Shown in pieces: positions 57,793 to 64,000 of a DNA stretch of 64,000 nucleotides. The notes below the pieces were generated by a model. It searched no databases and had not been told where the DNA came from. It worked only from the letters and a program-made list of their open reading frames with translations. Position 1 is the stretch's first letter; every line of letters starts with the position of its first letter. This DNA is from a virus, in the IMG/VR virus record IMGVR_UViG_3300042434_002493, positions 1-64,000 of that record. The stretch is one strand, 5' to 3'. The position numbers and the translations under genes are program-made.

Positions 57793-59694
57793 ATGCCCGG
57801 CTACCTCGACCAGGCCGCAGCCATCCTCGGACTGACCAAGCCGAAGAAGGTCAACCCCGCCGCGTTCGACCCGTTGGCGCCCAACCGACGCGGCTACCCC
57901 CTGCACATGGAGTTCCGCCTGGTACAGCGCCAGCCGTGGAAGATCGTGCGCGCCCACCAGCTCGAAATGGTCGTCAACAGCTACCAGCGCATCCCCGAGG
58001 TGCGCGCGACGATCCACCCCACGGCCGGCGGGTTCCATGTGGACATGCCCGAGGGTGACGCGCGGGGCCTCGTGCATTACATCATCCAGGGTGTCGCCGG
58101 CCTGTGGCCGGGCGGCAGCCGGCCGGGGCACGCAGAGACCGGGAAGGGCGACGGGCAGGCCCAACTCTACGCCCTGCAAGCCCTCTTCGACGACTACACG
58201 CAGGGCACCATCGACGGGCGCCCCCGCAGCGAGTTTCAGTTGGAGTTTTTGAACTTCGACGAGCCCGTCACCGCCACCGACCGCGTCGGGCACAGCGCCT
58301 ACATCATCATCCCCGAGCGCAGCCTGGTCGAGACGACTCGCAGCTCCGCCCGACCGCAGGTGTGGACGTGGACGCTGCGGATTGCCGGTCTCGCCGAGGC
58401 CAAGGGCGAGGCTCACGCGGTCAAGCGCGACAAGGAGAAGAAGCGCAACTGGCTCGAAAAGGGCCTCGCCTTCCTCGACGCCGTGGATACGTTCACGACG
58501 CGGTACAGCTTCGGTGCGATGTTCTCGAAGTACCAGCGCCTCATGGCGCCGTTCGTCCGCGTCCAGGACAGCATCGGGAGAACCGGCGACTTCGTCGAGG
58601 GGTGGGCCTCCGGCGCGAAGACGTTCGTGGACTACCACAAGGCCATGTTCGACCGGACGGCGACCGACCTCAGCGGTCTCGTGGCCGTGTTCACCCGCGA
58701 GGAGTTCGACGCGAAGGCCGCGGCCGGTGTGCGCGTGCGACTGGGCCAGACCGGGCCCAACAGTCGATTCCAAGGCGGCATGGCCCGCGGCGTGGACCAG
58801 ATGCGCCGCAGCGTGGACCGCGTGCGCTTCGGCGCCCGCGTGCAGATCGGGCAGACGTCGGCCGGACTCCAGTCCCCAGGAGACGAGATCGGTGCCCGCG
58901 GGATCGACAGCGCCGCCCGAGGCCCCGCCGGGCCCCTGGAGGCCGCCGCCCAGTCTACCGCGCTCATGGCCCGCGACAGACTCAACGGAACGCCCCGCGC
59001 CGCCCAGGCGGGGCGCGCGCTGGCCACCGTGGCCGCCGTCGTCCGGCCGGGGGACACCATCGAGCAGTTTGTTCCACCGGGCTTCACCATCTACGACGTG
59101 ATCCGCGCGAACCCCGGTCTCGTCTGGCCGTTCGTGGACGGCGGGCGCCTGCGACCGGGCGGAGGCGCCCGCCCGACCGATCCGCGCGTCGAGTGGACCG
59201 CCTACGTCGGCGACCAGATCCTCGTGCCGACCACAGAGGGGCCGCCGCAGACCGTGTCCGGGCAGGACTCGCCCCAAGCCGCGCGCGCCCGGCGCCTCGA
59301 CACGGCCGACGAACGCATCTTCGGCCGCGACCTCTACATCGACTCCGAGACGCGATCCCTTGAGTTCGACCCGGCGGCCGGCGACCTGCGCACCGTCGGG
59401 GGGGCCCCCAACCTGGTGCAGCGCCTCGAAACGTTGTGCCTGATCCCGATGGGCAGCCTCACCTACGCGCCCGACATCGGCAGCCTCATCGGCGCCGAGG
59501 GCGCGGGAGCATGGTCGAGCGACATCCGCCGCCGCGCGCTGGCGCTGGCGACCGAGCGCACACTCCGGCAGGATGCGGGCGTCGAGCGAATCGACAGGGT
59601 GACGGTGCATCAGGCCAACGGCCAGACCGTCATCGACTTCCAGGTGGTAGCGATCTCCGGTGCGGCTTTGGGCCGTTCCGGCTTGGCGGTGTGA
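57793..59694 (+). CDS. Fused baseplate protein: tube-initiator-like + LysM-like + gp25/W-like wedge
   Basis: VVRPGDTI...IRANPGL...VGDQILVP (LysM); FGRDL...GDLRTVGG..NLVQRL...GSL...PDIGS (gp25-like). Confidence 0.7.
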   Translation: MPGYLDQAAAILGLTKPKKVNPAAFDPLAPNRRGYPLHMEFRLVQRQPWKIVRAHQLEMVVNSYQRIPEVRATIHPTAGGFHVDMPEGDARGLVHYIIQGVAGLWPGGSRPGHAETGKGDGQAQLYALQALFDDYTQGTIDGRPRSEFQLEFLNFDEPVTATDRVGHSAYIIIPERSLVETTRSSARPQVWTWTLRIAGLAEAKGEAHAVKRDKEKKRNWLEKGLAFLDAVDTFTTRYSFGAMFSKYQRLMAPFVRVQDSIGRTGDFVEGWASGAKTFVDYHKAMFDRTATDLSGLVAVFTREEFDAKAAAGVRVRLGQTGPNSRFQGGMARGVDQMRRSVDRVRFGARVQIGQTSAGLQSPGDEIGARGIDSAARGPAGPLEAAAQSTALMARDRLNGTPRAAQAGRALATVAAVVRPGDTIEQFVPPGFTIYDVIRANPGLVWPFVDGGRLRPGGGARPTDPRVEWTAYVGDQILVPTTEGPPQTVSGQDSPQAARARRLDTADERIFGRDLYIDSETRSLEFDPAAGDLRTVGGAPNLVQRLETLCLIPMGSLTYAPDIGSLIGAEGAGAWSSDIRRRALALATERTLRQDAGVERIDRVTVHQANGQTVIDFQVVAISGAALGRSGLAV

Positions 59695-59695
59695 C

Positions 59696-60871
59696 ATGGC
59701 GGACCTCAAAACGCGAACCGACGACGAGATGCGGGACGACGCGGTCAACGCAGTCATCGCCCAGACCGACGGCGTGACCGACCTCAACCCCCACGCCGTA
59801 CTGACGATGCTCGCGGGGGCGATGGCCGGCGAGGTGGCCGGCGTCCAGGTGGGCGTGATCGAAGCGATGGCCCGCTTCTACGTCACCACCGCGGAGGGCG
59901 TCGCCCTCGACCGACGCCTGGCAGACTTCGGCCTCGTCCGCACGCCGGCCCGTGCTTCTTACGGCCGGGTGACGTTCCGCCGCGCCGACGACGCCAACCT
60001 CGACTTCGAGATCGCCATCAGCGCCGGCTTCCGCGTCTCTGCCCAGACCTACAACGGCGTGCAGGTGATGTACACGGTGCGCGAGGCCGCGGTCATCCCG
60101 GCGAACGCCGCTTCGGTGTCCGTCGTTGTGGACGCGGTGCAGGCCGGACGCGAGGGCAACGCCGGGTCCGGCGCCATCGACACCCTGGTGGACGCCCCCC
60201 CGAACGGACTCGGCACGGTCACAAACCTTTCGGCATTCACGTCGGGGCGAGACCTCGCCACCGACGAAGAGTTCCGCGCCGCGTTCTGGGCGTTTTGGGA
60301 TGCCCGCCGCCGCACGACCCCGACGGCCGCCAAGTACGGCGCGGCTACCTACTCCGAGACGGGCGCAGACGGCGTCACGCGCGAGCCGGTCGCGTCCGCA
60401 GCCATCGTCGAGTACCTCGACGCGGTCGGCCCCGACAACGTCGCCATGGACGTGCTCATCATCGGCCACGGCGCCGACGCCGAGAACCCGGGCCTCACCG
60501 ACCAGCAGGTCGCCAACGTGCAACTCCGCATCGACGGCTACACCGACTCCGAGGGCGTCGAACAGGAGGCGTGGCGCCCCGCGGGGTGCAAGGCCCGCGT
60601 CATGGTCGCCTCGCGGCAGGCCATGGACATCCGCGTTCGCCTCGACCCAACCCCCACCGCGCCCGCCACCCTGCGGGCCCGCGTCCGGCAGGCGTTCAGC
60701 CTGGCCATCGCCGCACGGCCCATCGGGGCGCCCGGTGCGATCAAGATCCTGTACGACACCCTCGCCCAGTTCAGCGCGGACCTGGACAACGCCACCATCA
60801 TCGAGCCCGCGGGCGACGTCGTCGTCGGCCCCACGGTCAAGCTCGTCCCCGGCGCCATCGAGGTGCTGTAA
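59696..60871 (+). CDS. Baseplate J/gp47-like wedge protein
   Basis: TAEGVALDRRLADFGLVR, AVQAGREGN, VTNLSAFTSGRD.ATDEEFR, RPAG. Confidence 0.9.
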   Translation: MADLKTRTDDEMRDDAVNAVIAQTDGVTDLNPHAVLTMLAGAMAGEVAGVQVGVIEAMARFYVTTAEGVALDRRLADFGLVRTPARASYGRVTFRRADDANLDFEIAISAGFRVSAQTYNGVQVMYTVREAAVIPANAASVSVVVDAVQAGREGNAGSGAIDTLVDAPPNGLGTVTNLSAFTSGRDLATDEEFRAAFWAFWDARRRTTPTAAKYGAATYSETGADGVTREPVASAAIVEYLDAVGPDNVAMDVLIIGHGADAENPGLTDQQVANVQLRIDGYTDSEGVEQEAWRPAGCKARVMVASRQAMDIRVRLDPTPTAPATLRARVRQAFSLAIAARPIGAPGAIKILYDTLAQFSADLDNATIIEPAGDVVVGPTVKLVPGAIEVL

Positions 60872-63800
60872 TGCCGCGCTGGCGCCGCTACCGACGATCC
60901 GACCAGGTCAACGACTTCGCTCGCGACTTGCCCTTCAACGGCCGGGCCCGCATCCCATACCCGCCCGTCGAGGCAGATGCCGATTTCGTGACCCCCGACG
61001 GCGTCGAAGGGTGGCATGGGTATGGCGCGGACGGGTGGTATCGGGCGGACGGCCGCAAGGTCGAGGCCGAGGTGAGCGAGGAGTTTTTCGACGACAGTTG
61101 GCCGTTCAACACGAGCAAGTGGACCATCACGACGCCGTCGAACTGGTTGACCGCCTACGGGACCGGCCTCGCCGCCACGACGGGCGGACTGAGCGCGAGC
61201 ACCTGGCAGTCACGCGCGAAGCGGTGGGATCTACGGGGCGACTTTTTCCTGCGCCTGGTGATCCGCGCCCCCAGCATGCGCAACGGCAGCCTGGACGCGA
61301 CCGAGGGCGCCGACAACGCCGTCTGGTTGGGCGTGACGCCCCGGAGTGACTCCGGCGGGTTCGTCCGGGTGAAGCAGTATTTCGGGAAGGTGGACAAGGG
61401 TTTCGCCGTCGAGGTGGATGGCGACGCCTTTTCGGGCGACACGCAGATCGACGGCGACTTCCCGCCTATCGTCTGGTTGGAGCTTCAGCGCAGCAACGGG
61501 CAGATCAGCGCGCGCTACCGGGACGCCACGCCGGGGCAGCCTCCGGGCGACCCGGTTGCCTTGTTCGGCCCTGTCGCCTTGCCCGGCATCGTCGAGGTGG
61601 ACTTCGGCGCCCGGAACGCCAGCAGCAGCGGCCCGTGGGGCTGCATCTTCAACGCCTTTCGCGTGTTCCACGGCTCGCACACTTACAGCCCCGTCGCGAG
61701 TTGGCGCCGCGAGACGACGCACGGTTCGGTGCTCGACCTGTTCCCCGGCGACCAGCTCGACCCGGACCTCTACACCGTCGAGACCACGGGCACCGCGACA
61801 GCGGCGCCGATCCCCGGCGTGGACGCAGCCCCGGGCGCCGGACTGCGCATGCACTGTGCCGGAGGGACCGCCACCGTCGAGACCCGGCCAATCCACGGCG
61901 ACATGGCCGCCCAGATCGAGGTGACACTCGCGGCCGAGACGTTGAGCGCCAACAACAGCGGCGTGGCCATCGGCCTGCACGCTTACGTCCCCATCGCCGA
62001 CGCGACCCTGCGCGTCGAGGTGCGCACGGGCGACACAGGCGTTCTGACCGCCCGCATCGACTACGCCGGAGCCGAGGACCCCGAGGCCGAAGCGGAGATC
62101 GACGTCGATGCCGACATCGCGTTGATCCTGCGCATCGAGCGCCAGGCGACCCTCACCTTCTGCGCCATCTACGGCCGCAACGGCCGAGAGATCGTCAGCG
62201 CGCGCGTGACCGACCTGCCCACCCTGCCCACCCACCTGCGTTTCCACCAGGCGCAGCAGAGCGCGTCCGACCCAGTCACAGCTCACGTCCGCCGCTTCCA
62301 CGTCACGAGCCCGTGGGCCCTGCGCATGGAGGCGTGGCCGGCGACGACCTACGCGACCGCAGCCAACGCCCACCCCTACGAACTGTCCGTGCTCACCCAG
62401 GCGAGCGACGTCACGCTCATCGACCCCGAGACGCGGGCGACCGCGTGGGCGATCTACGCCTGCAACGAAGCCGGCGAGGCCATCGAAGACGCCGAGCGCC
62501 CCGCGATGCAGCCGGGGCAGATCGGCCGGCCTTACTTCGACCCCCGAGAGGTCGCGCTCTGGTTGCCCGTCACCGAGCCAGGCAGCACGACGACGGGCGC
62601 GTTCGTCGAAGTGAACCTGCGCGAGGACCTCATCCGCAGCCACACGCACGACGGCGTCGAAGAGTTCGTCGGCCGCGTGGGCCGCCGCCATTGGGGACTC
62701 GGGTACACCGCCGGCACGACCACGGTGCCACGGCCGCCGGAGGGCGCGCCCGTCACCTTCCATCGGCTCACTACCGCACGCGGCGACCTCTTGCTCTGGG
62801 CGACGAAGACCGGCGGAGTCTCCGCGTGGCAGTACCTCGCCGGAGACTGGCGCGAAGCCGGCGTCGCCGTGGACGCCACCGACGACGACCCCGACCTCAC
62901 CTTGCCCTTCGAGGTGGGCGACGTCCGCGTCTACTCCGAGAGCCCGAACGCTGGGATCGTGGTCTCCGCGCTCGCGTTCGGCGTCGAGCGGGTGATCTGC
63001 GTCTACCGCGACCTCGAAATGCTGATCGACGGGGGGCTGGTTCTCGCGCCCGCCAACCGCCACGCCCACGCCAGCTACGGGGGCGCGGACCCTGACGCCC
63101 GGTGGGCGTCACGCGAGGCCGCAGGCCGCTCGGGGCCCGCGCCGCACGCCCGCCTGAACGGAGACGCCGCAGACGGCGGGGCCCCGCTCCTGGACGTCAT
63201 CGTGCCGCCCGCGCATGCTCTCCCCGATGGCGACGGCCTACCGCTCATCGCAACCGTCCGCCCGCTCGCCGTGACCCTGATCCAGGACTCCGAGGTTCCC
63301 GCCGACGCGCCGGTCGCGAGTTGGGGCACCCCGGACGCGCCCGAGCCCGTGGCCCATGCCCTTGTCCGTGCGCCCACGAGCGCGGCCCTCTCCCCGCGCG
63401 CCGACATCGAGACCCGCGCCGGTTACCTGGCCGTCGGCGAGCGTCTCTCCGAAGGGTTCGGTTACCTGACCACGATCTCGCTCGCCCAGGGGAACGTCCG
63501 GCAGCGCCTCACGCCGGCAGGCATCGACCCGAGCATGGCCTCGACCGGCTCCGCGGTGTCCGGCCTGGTCTCGCTCGGAGCCCCACCCGACACGCTCGCG
63601 GGGTGGCGCATCGCCGCGGGGTTCTCCCGGTTCATCCAGACGAGGCCCGGAAGCGGCATCGGGATCGGCGGCGGGGTCGTCATCGTGCTCAAGCCCACGC
63701 TGGTGCTCGAATACGACGTCTACGCCGTGAACGCGCCCGACGGCGAGACGTACCCGCCCAGCGGGCCCCACATCGGCGGGGACCGGGTCGGGCTGGTCGG

Positions 63801-64000
63801 ATACGACTGGACGGGCGAGGAGCGCGTCTACACGCGCCGCGCCGGCCGCGACGTCGAGGCTTTCCGCGTGGCCATCGAGGACGTCACGCCGGGCGCCCCG
63901 CCGGAAGCCCCGAAGCTCCTTTCCGCCGTCGTCCGGGCGCTGGGGTGGCATGAGCACGCCAACACCCCGGTCATGGGCGACGACGAGCTGGCCGCCACCG
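60871..64000 (+). CDS. Large (>1040 aa) baseplate/tail-fiber-region protein, truncated by the window end
   Basis: ATG overlaps the TAA of baseplate J (MPRWRRYRRSDQVNDF...). Spot checks of the frame found no stop, and its absence from the ORF track is consistent with no stop before 64000. Beta-rich, Trp-rich product. Confidence 0.75.
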   Translation, partial: MPRWRRYRRSDQVNDFARDLPFNGRARIPYPPVEADADFVTPDGVEGWHGYGADGWYRADGRKVEAEVSEEFFDDSWPFNTSKWTITTPSNWLTAYGTGLAATTGGLSASTWQSRAKRWDLRGDFFLRLVIRAPSMRNGSLDATEGADNAVWLGVTPRSDSGGFVRVKQYFGKVDKGFAVEVDGDAFSGDTQIDGDFPPIVWLELQRSNGQISARYRDATPGQPPGDPVALFGPVALPGIVEVDFGARNASSSGPWGCIFNAFRVFHGSHTYSPVASWRRETTHGSVLDLFPGDQLDPDLYTVETTGTATAAPIPGVDAAPGAGLRMHCAGGTATVETRPIHGDMAAQIEVTLAAETLSANNSGVAIGLHAYVPIADATLRVEVRTGDTGVLTARIDYAGAEDPEAEAEIDVDADIALILRIERQATLTFCAIYGRNGREIVSARVTDLPTLPTHLRFHQAQQSASDPVTAHVRRFHVTSPWALRMEAWPATTYATAANAHPYELSVLTQASDVTLIDPETRATAWAIYACNEAGEAIEDAERPAMQPGQIGRPYFDPREVALWLPVTEPGSTTTGAFVEVNLREDLIRSHTHDGVEEFVGRVGRRHWGLGYTAGTTTVPRPPEGAPVTFHRLTTARGDLLLWATKTGGVSAWQYLAGDWREAGVAVDATDDDPDLTLPFEVGDVRVYSESPNAGIVVSALAFGVERVICVYRDLEMLIDGGLVLAPANRHAHASYGGADPDARWASREAAGRSGPAPHARLNGDAADGGAPLLDVIVPPAHALPDGDGLPLIATVRPLAVTLIQDSEVPADAPVASWGTPDAPEPVAHALVRAPTSAALSPRADIETRAGYLAVGERLSEGFGYLTTISLAQGNVRQRLTPAGIDPSMASTGSAVSGLVSLGAPPDTLAGWRIAAGFSRFIQTRPGSGIGIGGGVVIVLKPTLVLEYDVYAVNAPDGETYPPSGPHIGGDRVGLVGYDWTGEERVYTRRAGRDVEAFRVAIEDVTPGAPPEAPKLLSAVVRALGWHEHANTPVMGDDELAAT

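Larger units (their letters stand above)
1..64000 (+). mobile_element. Contractile-tailed (myovirus-type) phage or prophage, packaging/head/tail region with SPO1/Herelleviridae-like gene order
   Basis: Co-oriented terminase, portal, MuF, protease, scaffold, capsid, sheath, tube, tape measure and baseplate genes. No host genes or integrase in the window, so free phage versus prophage cannot be decided. Confidence 0.95.

Overview
This high-GC window (about 70% by eye) is the morphogenesis region of a large contractile-tailed phage or prophage with SPO1/Herelleviridae-like gene order. The order is: inverted lysis cassette; TerS and GpA-type TerL; portal and MuF; about 26 kb of cargo genes; prohead protease, scaffold and major capsid; neck, sheath, tube, chaperones, two tape-measure-like genes and baseplate; then a large ORF running off the right end. 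The most unusual part is 9.5-34.8 kb. Five otherwise unrelated proteins there (an Ala/His-rich protein, a zeta-toxin kinase, a DarB-like MTase-SNF2, a multi-enzyme polyprotein and a 2831-aa SNF2/ParB protein) share eight copies of a gapless 25-aa tag, D-P-[ST]-H-G-G-x-L-H-x-E-x-R-T-D-x-x-G-R-x-x-x-R-[WHY]-V. The tag is usually preceded by an E-[GA]-x-K-[AS] motif, which also occurs in scaffold, protease and MuF (with close variants in capsid and portal) and is a probable protease cut site. It is often also preceded by a QLxLF-type beta-clamp-binding motif. I infer a modular 'cut site + clamp motif + packaging tag' system for loading, processing and injecting effector enzymes. Several cargo genes also have their own sigma70-like, apparently leaderless promoters. 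All product calls come from motif recognition by eye; no database searches were run. No tRNA, rRNA, CRISPR array or integrase was recognised.
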